From the NCBI GenBank assembly GCA_965153285.1, contig OZ229112.1: 64,000 bases of DNA. The stretch is one strand, 5' to 3'. Positions 37,084 to 49,009 of the stretch are shown here, one piece after another (position 1 is the first letter of the stretch; each line of letters starts with the position of its first letter). A model generated the notes under the pieces. The model made no database searches and was not told the origin of the DNA. It saw only the letters and a list, made by a program, of their open reading frames with translations. The stretch comes from Podarcis tiliguerta (Eukaryota). A program made the translations under genes and the position numbers.

Positions 37084-39129
37084 CAATAACAAACTTAGTT
37101 GGTCTCTAAGGTGCTACTGGAAGGATTTTTTTTTATTTTGTTTCCCTTCTGGTAAAGATTTTTGATTGATTGATTGATTGACTGATTGATGTTCACAACA
37201 TTTATACACCACTTAATTATTATTTTTTTTTTTTAAAAAAAAACATTCTTAAAGCGGTTTGCAAATATCGTATAGTTTATAATGTCATAGAGTTTTGGGG
37301 TGCAATCTTGTGGCTTATGAAAAGGCATCTGAGGGCCATACTGTACATCTGATAACCCTTTCTGATATCAGAGAAGATCTCATGTCAGATGGGAAAACAG
37401 AGAGAGAGAGAGAGAGAGAGCTGAATATTTCCCTGATGCCCTGGCTCAATTTGTCCAAACTAATTGAAGGGAAGTTGGTACGTATTCAACAAGGCACTAA
37501 CTTTCACTCAAAGAAAACAGAACGTAGAATATTAATTAGGAACAAAAATAGTGATGAGTGCAGGCTGCACCAGTTCCTAGCATCGATTTATTTATTACAT
37601 TTCTCTCTTGCCCTCCCTCCCAAAGGAGTCCAGGGTGGCATGTGTCAGGTTATGCAAATGTGGGCCATTCTTTAGACTATTTTCAGTGTCAGATTATGCA
37701 AAAGTGAGGCGGCATAGTAATGCTCCTGGTAACATTATTTCTGAAACAAAACAATGTTCTGTTCTTTCCTCCCCCCAGAAGAATATAAACAATGGAACAA
37801 GTGCTTGTCAAATCACTTTTTAATTGAATTCATATATGTGTTGCCATTTTTTTAAAAAATGGCCACATTGTCCATCTGCCCAGGCAAAATGTTTAAGTAT
37901 TTCCAGCCAAGCTCGTCACCTAATAAATGGGTCCCCCCCCCCCCAAACACAACCAAAACCCATGTATAATGCATTTCAAGGAATCTGTCATGGTTTTGTT
38001 TTTTTTAAAGAAAAGAAGATGGTGCATACAAGTCATTGCAATGTAATTACAGAGCTTTAGATAAAATACGAAGGACAAAACATTCCCGAGACAGGATTTA
38101 GAAAGAACATGCAAATTACGTTGCAGAAAACATTTCTACTACAAATATTTCTCGTATCACACTGTTCCCCAGGAATGTCTGCTAAAAAGCGTTGATTAAT
38201 ATTATCTGAAATGCAGTCAAGCTTAGTCTCCAAATGTACTTTGGTTTGCTACACCCTTGGCTCAGAAACAATGCAACCCTGGAGATAATGGATGTAGAAC
38301 AAAGTAATCAAAGAAAAATTGGCTTTATCCCCCCTCTTTCTTTTTTTTTGCTATATATTTGCCACATGATCAACATAACCTTGGCCACCCAATTGCTCTC
38401 TTTCCCCCTGCACATATCATTTAACCATGTCCCTTTCGATTCTAGATGCAAGGTCAGCATTGCAGGTAAGTCCAGATAGCAAACTATCTCAGTGAAACTT
38501 AAATCAGATGTAACACGTGAATGTGGCATATATGTACTGCAGCCTCACTGATATTCATCTTGAAGGTTAAACCAGGGTATCATCAGAATCATTATAACCA
38601 GACAAATTCGAAACCAGAGCTCTGCTCCAACAAGATTTTGCAGGAAGCATGCTGCACCGACTTTACAGGAAACAGTTAAGAACATGCCAAGTTGTGCTAT
38701 GGACCTCAGTTCCATAATAAGATCCCATACATGCCTAATTTTCTCCCTGGGAACTATGCATTAATCATTTCCATCTAATGTGCATATTATGTTATAAAAC
38801 CCAAGGCAATGTTCTCATTGACAGCAAAGGACATACCAGTTGGCATAAATTAGAACTTCTTGTAAAATTTTACTTACCATCATAGGAGACCGAAATTTCA
38901 CTGGAACTGTAGGTTTTTCAGAATTCCAGGTCATATCTTTAAATGTGGGTCTGCCTTAACCACATGTAAAGGATAAAGCTGGGTGTGGTAGCACTCCATT
39001 TAAAGGAACAGGTGCATTGTTTGAGAGCACTCCTAGTATCCTATCTATCACTGGACTTGGCGCTGAGGAGTACCAATGCTTAGCTAAGGCTGGTCCACCA
39101 GATATGGACTAGGACAACATATCTCCAGT

Positions 39130-39490
39130 ATCCCATCCTCTGTTAACTTGCCAGTTGGACTACTTCTGTGTGCTCTGTATGGAGCTCCGCTTGGAGACAG
39201 TCTGGCAACTGAATGCTACTTCTCACTTGCTGTCTGGGGCAGAGAATTGGGATCACCAGACCCCAGTTCTGAGTGTGCTACACTGGCTGTCCAAAAGACA
39301 CTAGGCCTAATTCAAGGTGTTTGTCCCAAGCCCTTGAAAGCTTAGGTTTCAAGTGCTTGAAAGAGAATCTTCCCTTAGGTTTTGAGATTGGGTGAAGTTA
39401 TGCTTGTGATACCTACGAGGTATCACCACTGGGCCTTCTCAACGGTGGCATCCCATCTATGGAACGCCATCCCAGTTCAGATCCACACAT
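39130..39490 (+). mobile_element. Highly decayed L2 ORF2 3' fragment
   Basis: ttggactac..gctctgtatgg.. and WAFSTVASHLWNAIPVQI translation. Confidence 0.6.
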
Positions 39491-40461
39491 TACATTCATT
39501 CAGGTGTAGCTTTTGCAGGCCTTCAGAATATAGCAGGGATGGTTCTATTTCTCTAAAATGCTACCTGTTCCTGTGTCTTCAATACCACTGATTGTCACAT
39601 GCTATTGTATTTTATTGTAAATTTCAGTGTTGATTTTGCTCTTGTACTGTATTTTATTAATATTGCTGGTTGCTCTGGGCTCTGTGTAAGGAAGCATGAG
39701 ATACAACAAATATAATATTGGTGATGATGATGTGCAAATAGACTGCGCCATCCTCCTTCACCATCTCCTGCTTTTTCCCTGGAATCTTTCCCCAACGTTC
39801 CCAACCTACCCCAAAAGAGTGCTCTGGTATCAGAAAGTACCTGAACTGACAGAAAAGAGGTTGAGGATAGACTCTGTCTGGAGAAAGTAGCAAGCAGGTT
39901 GAAGGTTCAGAACTACCTCCATCCTTTGACTCACACACTGCATGATCCTTTTTCCACTTCTAATTTTGCCTTGCACCTCCCAACCCACTCTTTACATGTG
40001 GTTGCGGAATTAAAAGACAGAGGCCTGCCACCAACATGTATAGTTTAACCTTTAATAAAATCATGTCAAGACGGATTGCAAGACAAATTTGTTGACATGA
40101 GCAAAAGTCCCTAAACAAGATTTTGACAATCTGGACAATAGTGAACTCTTGTTTTATTATTAGAAATAACTCACATGCATGTAACACTTTTTAAAAAAAG
40201 GGAAAACCTTAAGACATACAGAGGCTAAAATTGCACAGAAAACTGTCAATCTGATCATCTTCTCCCCAGGCCCTTCTCCAGTGAAGGTCCTTTCAATCAT
40301 CTGCTATATGATCCCTAACAGAAAACAATTTCGGACACACCAACGATTGAACCTTGGACCTTCTGCAAAGCCAAACATGTGCTCTTCCATGACTGTACTA
40401 GGTTCCTGCCCCAAATTAAAAAAAAAAAAAAAATTAATTACTTCAATATATACAATTAATA

Positions 40462-40828
40462 CAGTGGTGCCTCGCAAGACAAAATTAATCCGTTCCGCGA
40501 GTCTCTTCGTCTAGCGGTTTTTTCGTCTTGCAAAGCAACCCTATTAGCGGATTAGCGCTATTAGCGCTATTAGCGGTTTAGCGGCTATTAGCGGCTATTA
40601 AAGGCTTAAGGGATTAGCGGATTAGCTGCTAAAAGGCTATTAGCAGCTTAGCGCCTTAGAAAAAGCGGGTGGGGAGCGAAAAAAACCCTCAAGAATCGCA
40701 ATACATTTTCGTCTTGTGAAGCAAGCCCATAGGGAAATTCGTTCTGCGAAGCACCTCTGAAAACGGAAAACCCTCTCGTCTAGCAGGTTTTCCGTCTTGC
40801 GAGGCATTCGTCTTGCAGGGCACCACTG
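40462..40828. mobile_element. Tigger-like MITE with internal (CTATTAGCGG)-type minisatellite
   Basis: TIRs CAGTGGTGCCTCGCAAGAC / GTCTTGCAGGGCACCACTG, TA TSD. Confidence 0.9.
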
Positions 40829-41427
40829 TATTTGCAACCCATCCAAACTGGGAAATGTTACACTAGCATCCCGTTACATCATCAGTCTGAAGCAAACGAG
40901 CTTTCAAACCCTGGAAGGTTTTTCAGGTTGCAAAGGAGGTGTAAACCAAGTCAGGGTGGGGAGGAAGGAAGTTTGCAACAACGCCACACTGCACAAGCCA
41001 GGCAGCTTCTCCAGAGCTACTCCATGGTGAGAGTAAAGATGATTACTTTTTTAAACGGAACAAACTATTGAGCTGAAAAAAACTATTGCTGGGAGCATGA
41101 ATGCAGGAAATAAGGTGGCAGACTGCAGAAGGTGTAACAGAATGAGCAACAGACTACTAGCATACTTTGCCAGCTGGCAGTTTCTCCGAGTGTGAAGGCA
41201 GAGATTATACCAAATATTCATCTCGACACTCCAAAACCGTACATGCCAAATCCATTACCCTTGAATCATTCTTCCTTACTGTTAAAAAATAAACTGGCTG
41301 GTGGGGCAGCGGGAGGGGGCATTTAATCTTGCAACAGTCAGATTAATTACGCCACTCTAGAGGCATTGCTCTCTCACTGTAAGAACTATATGAGCAAATG
41401 TTTGAACAAATCAGCATCACATAATTA

Positions 41428-41840
41428 AAGGTGGGGGAGAAATTTGATGAAGTTCGCATTTAAAGACGAACCTTTCAAATTCGCCCTTAGATGTGAACCG
41501 AAGCACAGCCCTCCTTCAAAATGTCCACTTCTCCAAATTTTCAGTGCAGTTCTCCAGCCAGGTAGTGCATTCGAAAATGCACATATTTGGGTAAAGTGTT
41601 CATCAAAATACGGAAATTAGCGAAAATAACATACCAAAAAAAAAAATTGATTGGTGAAAACTGCCTTGCAAAATTGTGTATATTTGGCAAAATTCAGGTG
41701 AAAATGTGTATATTGGGAGGATTTTGCACTAAGATACTGGTGGGTTTTCATGGGGATTCCATCCTCCCCCCCCCCAAAAAAAAATAATCTCAAACTTAAG
41801 ATTGGAAGAAATAAAAAACTGAGAGAAACTGAAATTTATG
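41428..41840 (+). mobile_element. Old repeat family X
   Basis: ggggagaaatttgat..gttcgcatttaaa..cagttctccagcc..ttgcaaaa..gagagaaactgaaat. Confidence 0.65.
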
Positions 41841-42842
41841 ATGTGTTGAGCTATTATTAATTAATAATTCCTATCTTCCTGTTTTTCCTGCCAAAGGAGC
41901 CCAAGTCACTTGAGGGATCCTCAGGCATCCATACTCTTCCACAACAGACTTACTGATAGGAGGCTGAAACATCCTATGAGAAATGCTAAAAGGAAAGGGG
42001 GTAGATGGCAAGCCAACAGCTTTCCTTTAGCAAAGAAAGAAAAAAAAAACCCAAAAATAAACCTTTAAGTGAAGGAAAATAAAAGCAAATGTAAGGGGAC
42101 TGGGAAGCAAGAAATAAAGAAGGAACCAGGGCTCTGATTGGGGAATTTTTGCATAGAGACTGAAGAGTTGAAATTGGGCGAACTATTCATTTGCTGGTAT
42201 ATGTACAGGGTAACTCACATATTTGTACAGGAGTACAAGAGGAGGAAGGGTTGAACGAGAAGTAAATCACAAGACTTCCGGTTTCCCATAGCTGGCAGGA
42301 ATGTGCAGGTGGTATCTCTTTCTGAGGGATGACCCTCCCGGTATGGATCATCAGGCATCCGGCGTCTCCCACAGCAGGCTTATTTACAGCAGGCTGAGAT
42401 CTTAGACGGCATGAAAAATGCTGAAGGGAAATTGGATAGATGGCAAGATAGAGGAAGGACAACTTACGAGTCTACGAATACTTGGGAGGGATTAAAAATG
42501 CTAAGCCATGGAGAAAGCGTGATCACTCTCCCCAGATTAGTATCATTAAAAAGGGAATTTTCATAATTTGTCAGACTGAGGTGTACTGGGGGTGCGGATG
42601 TTCTGACCTACCCCAAAACTGGCGTAAGGGAGAAGGGCAGTCAAGCAAACGGTCCCCCCTGCTCTAATCTCAAACGTGACCACAAGCAGTCACATGATAC
42701 AATGCTATCATATGAGACAGTGGCACCTTTTAAGATATGCAAATGTGCAGAGGCAGCTTGCCAGGTGAGGCAGAACCATTCTTGAGCTTGTTGGCAGGCA
42801 GAGCCCTATTGCTTACTAGGGCAGAGGAGGAGGTGAAGTGGC

Positions 42843-43189
42843 CAGTGGCGTCGCAAGGGGGGCAGGTGCCATGTCTGGAAGCCTGACAGGGCGGCACCCC
42901 GCGGAGTGCTCACCCCTGGGCTCAGTGGCGAGAGCAGCCATCGCGCCACTGCAGCCGCATGTGGAGGATCCTCTGTTCGTGGCAGCAGCCACGAGGAGAG
43001 GATCCTGCCACCGTCTGTACGGCGCTCGGGCAGCGCCGGAGGCAAACCGCTACATACAACGCCTGCATGGTGTCACACGCATGCGCTGTACGTAGCACCA
43101 GCGCAAATGCGCCCTACGTAGTGACGCCAGGCATGCGCAGCCAGCGGTTTGCCCCACCCCGGGTGTTGGTTAGCCTTCGTTCACCCCTG
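42843..43189. mobile_element. CpG-rich hAT (Tip100-like) MITE
   Basis: 8-bp TSD gaagtggc; termini CAGTGGCG / CACCCCTG. Confidence 0.82.
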
Positions 43190-43309
43190 GAAGTGGCAGA
43201 GAGGTTGGCACAGGGCAAGCACACCAGTGGAGCCAATCCAGAGGTTCTGCTGGTGTGTGTCCACTGCACCAACCCCCCTGCTGCCTCGCCGCTCCTCCTC
43301 TTGAATTAA

Positions 43310-43421
43310 TTTTATAATGAATGATTTTAGAGTGTTGTGTTGTGTTGTACTGTTGTACTGTTTTATTGTTGTTAGCCGCCCTGAGCCCGGCTTAGCCTGG
43401 GGAGGGCGGGATATAAATAAA

Positions 43422-43462
<41 letters not shown>
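43310..43462 (+). mobile_element. L2 3' tail with (TTA)n
   Basis: ttgttagccgccctgagcccgg..gggagggcgggatataaataaa; same family as 9428. Confidence 0.75.
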
Positions 43463-43708
43463 GTAAGTAACAAGTTTCCTGCTGCCAGGAAACTAGCAGA
43501 GTGGCTCCACACCACCCAGTAAGCCACTTCTGCATATGTCAAGCCTAAATGTATGGCTCATCAAGTCACCCACAGCCTGTCCACCACGAATGGTGTCCTA
43601 TTATTTCAAAATAAAACTAGCATTTTAAAAAACAAACTAAAGGATACTTGTAGGGAACAGTTTCAAGAGTTGCAGCCCATTGTTTCATATAATGAGACAG
43701 ACCTCTGG

Positions 43709-43964
43709 GGCTGGATCTACACTCACATTTTAAACGCTATTAGAACAATATTAAAAAAGAGTGTTCTAAAACGTCAAGACAGAAAAAGTCCTATTCCACA
43801 AGGTGTACCTGGTCTTTGGAAGGGGTTGCTCTGCAGCGCCCTCTGGTGTCACATTTTAATAATGCATTATTAACGTTGAAAAAGAATGTCCCATGGCTGT
43901 ATGGTTATCGGAACCATTCCTTAACTCTTTTTTAGCATTGAAAACCCTGAGTGTAGCTCTGCCC
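43709..43964. mobile_element. PIF/Harbinger-like MITE
   Basis: Imperfect TIRs ggctggatctacactca / tgagtgtagctctgccc; 3-bp tgg on both sides. Confidence 0.6.
43832..43850 (-). promoter_or_regulatory. Candidate CTCF binding motif
   Basis: Reverse complement GACACCAGAGGGCGCTGCA vs consensus CCACCAGGGGGCGCTG. Confidence 0.55.
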
Positions 43965-44067
43965 TGGAAATTGCTAGAAGGCCCATGGTGCAGCAAGTAT
44001 GCTAAAACATATCAGGTCCAAGCCTCAATACCAAGACAATACCTCAACTGTCCTTTAGGGTCTTCTG

Positions 44068-44330
44068 NNNNNNNNNNNNNNNNNNNNNNNNNNNNNNNNN
44101 NNNNNNNNNNNNNNNNNNNNNNNNNNNNNNNNNNNNNNNNNNNNNNNNNNNNNNNNNNNNNNNNNNNNNNNNNNNNNNNNNNNNNNNNNNNNNNNNNNNN
44201 NNNNNNNNNNNNNNNNNNNNNNNNNNNNNNNNNNNNNNNNNNNNNNNNNNNNNNNNNNNNNNNNNNNNNNNNNNNNNNNNNNNNNNNNNNNNNNNNNNNN
44301 NNNNNNNNNNNNNNNNNNNNNNNNNNNNNN
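44068..44330. other. Assembly gap (263 N)
   Basis: Run of N. Confidence 1.
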
Positions 44331-44897
44331 TCTCCAACTTTCTCCAGCCATTTCTGGACATGGTTGTGATAAGGCTCTGGATTTTGCTTGGCAAAGCTAG
44401 TCAGAAGATTATTTATATCCCCAGAAAAGTTGTGCATTTCAGGGGGTGAGAGGGGGTGAGAGGAAACAACGTAGACTTTTGTTCTGTCAAACTTTGCCAG
44501 GAATTCAAGAGAAGGGCAGAGGACAAGAGGGTCAGTGTTTCACAGAGACATCAACATGAATCCCTTCAAATGCTCTTGATGTCGTCAGTTGCCAAGAATA
44601 GTAAAGGAGCAGGCCAAGACGGGGAACGACACAGAGGAAGCAGTTAGCAATGCTTAAGGCGGGCAGAGGAAAACAAAATGCCACCAAATTTGCAGTTCCT
44701 TTAGGGGCATCCCCACGTTGTTTTCCATGGGTGTGCAATCTCCATTGTGATAACCTGTGTTCCAGCAGAATGTTTTCCTCCACCTGTGAAAGGGGAAGAC
44801 CCAAAAACTTTCTGTGTCAACACTGGCTATTCTGTCATTCTCGCAACATCAGCTGCAGGAGGGAGTTTCCCTTTCGCTGCTATTCAAGATGGATCTA

Positions 44898-45138
44898 CAG
44901 TGGTACCCTGGGTTACATACGCTTCAGGTTACATACGCTTCAGGTTACAGACTCCGCTAACCCAGAAATAGTACCTTGGGTTAAGAACTTTGCTTCAGGA
45001 TGAGAACAGAAATCGTGCTCCGGCAGCGCGGCGGCAGCGGGAGGCCCCTTAGCTAAAGTGGTGCTTCAGGTTAAGAACAGTTTCAGGTTAAGAACGGACC
45101 TCTGGAACGAATTAAGTACTTAACCCAAGGTACCACTG
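44898..45138 (+). mobile_element. Tigger-like MITE (CAGTGGTACC family)
   Basis: TIRs plus TA TSD; duplicated ggttacatacgcttca subterminal unit. Confidence 0.93.
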
Positions 45139-45317
45139 TATAGGCATATGAGAGGAGAACACATAGCATCTCCATAGTGGTATTTCTCTTAGATCGGGGT
45201 CCTCCTGTATGATGGATGTGTATGTGTACTTTAATGAACTGAAGAGAGTGAAAGATTGAGTCACTGGAGGAAGGAGAGTATTTTTTTTAGTTGCTATTTT
45301 GTTAATTATAAATGCCT

Positions 45318-45518
45318 TATACCTGAAGGAGCGTCTCCACCCCCATCGTTCTACCCGGACACTGAGGCCCAGCACCGAAGGCCTTCTGGTGGTTCCCTCA
45401 CTGACAAATACTGATTAATTATTGTATTTTAATATTTTGTTGGAAGCCGCCCAGTGTGGCTGGAGAAACCCAGCCAGATGGGTGGAGTATAAATAAGTAA
45501 ATTATTATTATTATTATT
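45318..45518 (+). mobile_element. L2 3' end with internal deletion
   Basis: tatacctgaaggagcgtctccaccc..ggttccctcactg, then jumps to the 3' UTR and tail. Confidence 0.85.
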
Positions 45519-47279
45519 CATATAATATGACTTGTTTTGTAATTGTGATGTTCAGCTTATTCTTTTAGTAGCTGGTTTGTCAATAGCGTTTTTAGATTGC
45601 AAAGGTTTTACTGATGATTTGCTCATTGTATCGTACGATTTATTCTGCACTTTTGATGCTCTGTTAGGTTATTGCTATTGTTTGTAAGCCGCTTTGGGAT
45701 TCAAAGCAGCGCAGAAATGCTGAAAATCAAATCAATCAAGTGTTAGTTGTTGCACGAGGGAGAGTGCCAGGCCCCAAGGAGGAGCCCAAGTCCACATTTC
45801 TCAGATCATTTGTAAGAAAGTGGATCCCCAGCAAGAGCTTCTGTGAAGAAATGGACAGCGTCTCCCAGCATGTTCAGGGGACAAATACTGTTAAAAAATA
45901 AGCCGCTGGTGGTGTTTTGTGGGGTCATGAATGTTGATTTGGACTTTGGGTATGCCCCTTGGTTCATATTTGCTATAGCTGCTGAAAAGTGCTTTGTCCC
46001 TCATGCCAAACGCATGAGAAAATGCTTTCTTAGTTTCACATATTTTAGTGCTACCTCATACGTATCTTGTGTTGTTGCTCCGTCTAGAGCAGTAATGCTT
46101 TGCTCAACAGCCACCTGTTGATAACAGCTACCTTTGCGACTATCTGCCAACTCAATTTTCTTGTTACTCATTATCTGATCAGGGTTGTTCACCTCTTGCT
46201 TGTCTCTGTCTCTCACGCCCTTTCCGTGCTCCTGCGCTCACCCCTCCACACTTTAGTCTTCAACACACACACAACAAGCCTGTATTCTGCCTCCTCTCAA
46301 TTTCCTGCTGTACCAGAAAACCAGCCTGCAGGATTAAGAGAAAGGAGGGGAAATTCTTAGAAGAAAGCAGAGTAAACAAAACCACCAGTCCTATATTTAG
46401 TGAGGCAATAAAGAGAGAATGAGTCATCTCATGATTGCTGATTTAGTCCTCTTGTCACACTTAGCAGCCAAAGTAGTGTAATGATTTGTGAAGACATGCT
46501 GGCCTGAGGGAGTCAAAAGCAGAGTCTTTGAGAATCAGGCACCACAACTTGGAAAACCCCCTGACAACTATGCAGAATACCTCCGTGGAAGAGTGTGATA
46601 AAGGGTTCGATAAGGAGGTGTCTCAAAAAACCAGTGTGGTTGCTTTCAACTCTTTTGAAGAGGGACTGCCTGTCTTCTAAGAGCAATTTGGTGGGCATCA
46701 GATAAAAATGACAAGAAGTCACTACTCACACACTTGAGATGGGTAGTTCCTGCATTTGCCTCAATTTGTGGTGTGCTCTTCAGGTCAGATTTTTATCTTC
46801 TGACAGCAAATCTCTTTGACTTCCTGCCACACCACCAGTATTTAGAAACTCTGACCTGGCCAAAGGGATTGTATTTAGGTTTCAACCATTCATTGGCAGT
46901 CAGTGAAATCTTATAAATCATGATTATTCAGGAGGAAGTCTCACTACGCTGAGTGGGACTTAATTCCAGGTAAGCGTGTATTGAATTGCAGCCTTGGTTC
47001 ATTTTAGTGCAATAATCCAGTGGTTTTTTGTCTTGAATCTCAGCTGATCACCAGACTTTGTCCATGCATTTTGATTTTGAATCATGGGGATAGGAGGAAA
47101 GCAGGTTATCTGGCATCACTGTAACGGCAGGTGATTGACACCTGTCAAAGTTGGCCCATGGGGCAGGCAGGGAAAAGAGATGATAAGTTGCCCATGAGTT
47201 ACCTACCCCTGATGTTGCTGAGAATATAGCCCTTTTCTAAAGTGTGAGCAGGCTATAAGGCTCCTGCCCTCCCTCTTCT

Positions 47280-47566
47280 ATCAGCCCTGAGTGCTCACTG
47301 GAAGGACAGATCCTGAAGCTGAGGCTCCAATACTTTGGCCACCTCATGAGAAGAGAAGACTCCCTGGAAAAGACCCTGATGCTGGGAAAGATGGAGGGCA
47401 CAAGGAGAAGGGGACGACAGAGGACGAGATGGTTGGACAGTGTTCTCGAAGCTACCAGCATGAGTTTGACCAAACTGCGGGAGGCAGTGGAAGACAGGAG
47501 TGCCTGGCGTGCTCTGGTCCATGGGGTCACGAAGAGTCAGACACGACTAAATGACTAAACAACAAA
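47280..47566 (+). mobile_element. BovB LINE, 5'-truncated
   Basis: ORF MRREDSLEKTLMLGKMEGTRRRGRQRTRWLDSV; tail gactaaacaacaa. Confidence 0.95.
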
Positions 47567-47771
47567 CCTTCTTTTGGGTCTCAAAACCCAGCAAAAAAAA
47601 ACCTTCCTCCCCTTACTTTTCTGATCAGTCTGTAGGATTAAGAGAAGGGGGGGAGAGGACTGCATAAAACCAAAACATGATTTCTGAAGTGAGGGCAGCC
47701 TTTGTTCAGGGAATTGTCACTTTGAAAAATATGAAAATGACACTGTTATATAGCCCCTGTAGATGCTGCTC

Positions 47772-48128
47772 GGGGACGCAGGTGGCGCTGTGGGTAAAAG
47801 CCTCAGTGCGTAGGGCTTGCCGATTGAAAGGTCAGTGGTTCGAATCCCCGCGGCGGGGTGCGCTCCCGTTGTTCGGTCCCAGCGCCTGCCAACCTAGCAG
47901 TTCGAAAGCACCCTCGGGTGCAAGTAGATAAATAGGGACCGCTTACTAGCGGGAAGGTAAACAGCATTTCCGTGTGCGGCTCTGGCTCGCCAGAGCAGCG
48001 ATGTCAAGCTGGCCACGTGACCTGGAAGTGTCTCTGGACAGCGCTGGCCCCGGCCTCTTGAGTGAGATGGGCGCACAACCCTAGAGTCTGTCAAGACTGG
48101 CCCGTACGGGCAGGGGTACCTTTACCTT
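47772..48128 (+). mobile_element. Sauria SINE, full length, subfamily B
   Basis: TSD tagatgctgctc; B-box GGTTCGAATCC; (TTTACC)n tail. Confidence 0.93.
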
Positions 48129-48482
48129 TAGATGCTGCTCCTCATGTCCAGCTTCATGCTTCTGAGTAATTTAGTGTGATTCACCATTAATCCTGTCCAT
48201 CGTGTGATGAATTTTCCCACATCTGGTAGCCCCACTGGGCTTGAACCAGGGAATAAAGCCAAGCAGTGAGACACCTTAGTGTCTGTGCTACTGAGACAGC
48301 CTCCAGGTGGAGGGACTGTCTGGGCTGAGCTACTGATTACTCAATAGTATCAGCCTGATACTGTGACAGAAAGAGAAACTGCATCTAGTTAGCCCTCAGC
48401 AGATATGAGGAGCCAACAGGAGCTCTGATTTTCTCACATTTAAGAGCTCTTTCATGCTATATGCCACTGGTACCTGAAGGGA

Positions 48483-48607
48483 AGGGCCTTAGCTCAGTGG
48501 GAGCGCACCTGCTTTGCATGCAGAAGGTTCCAGGTCCAATCCCTGCAAGTCTCTCCTGGTAGGCCTTTGTCTGAAATTCTGAGGAACCATTGCTATTAGT
48601 GTAGGCC
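48483..48607 (+). mobile_element. tRNA-Ala-headed SINE (Squam2-like), partial
   Basis: gggccttagctcagtggg..ctttgcatgcagaagg..ggtccaatccctg. Confidence 0.7.
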
Positions 48608-48803
48608 AGGGATGGGGAAGCATTTTCAGACTGAGGGTCTCATGCCTTTCTGCGCAACCTTCCTGAAGCCACTGGGAAACTGGGCAAGATGGGGAAATGG
48701 AGAGAGCAACAACAAACTCAAAACACCTGGCTCTATCCTCCACCTAGGCAAGCAAGAAGCAGCAGCAGAGTTCAGGGACACATTGCAGCCAGGCAAAGGG
48801 ACT

Positions 48804-48933
48804 TAGAATCATAGAATTGTAGAGTTGGAAGGGACACTGAGGATCATCTAGTCCAACCCTCTGCATCCCATATGAGAATCGAACTTGCAGCCTTGGTGTT
48901 ATCAGCACCACGCTCTAACCAACTGAGCTATCC
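48804..48933 (-). mobile_element. tRNA-Ile(GAT)-derived SINE with CR1 3' tail
   Basis: Reverse complement tagctcagttggttagagcgtggtgctGATaacaccaagg..gttcgattc, then gggttggactagatgatcctca..ttccaactctacaattctatgattcta. Confidence 0.8.
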
Positions 48934-49009
48934 AATTCAACTTGAGAAAGGTGCAAAGCAGGACCAGGGAGGGATATGGGCTGGGTTCTGTTCCAAGGTC
49001 CAGTCAGAT

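Larger units (their letters stand above)
36886..37142. mobile_element. Penelope-like element (PLE) pseudo-LTR in inverted arrangement
   Basis: About 89-bp near-perfect inverted arms 36925-37013 / 37051-37140; tail acaggtaggtagccgtgttggtctg; 15-bp TSD tcc(a/c)ttctggtaaag; ctgaagaag..cgaaagctca..ttggtctctaaggtgc resembles reptile PLE ends. Confidence 0.8.

Noticed and set aside
40540-40660. Interstitial telomeric repeat
   Set aside because: Units are TTAGCG-based rather than TTAGGG and sit inside a MITE.
43893-44437. ORFs spanning N runs (also 7152-7437)
   Set aside because: Artefacts of assembly gaps.
48865-48933. Functional tRNA-Ile gene
   Set aside because: The acceptor stem does not pair, and it is fused to a CR1 tail; it is a SINE head. 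The same applies to tRNA-like heads at about 5430-5501, 48483 and 59150.
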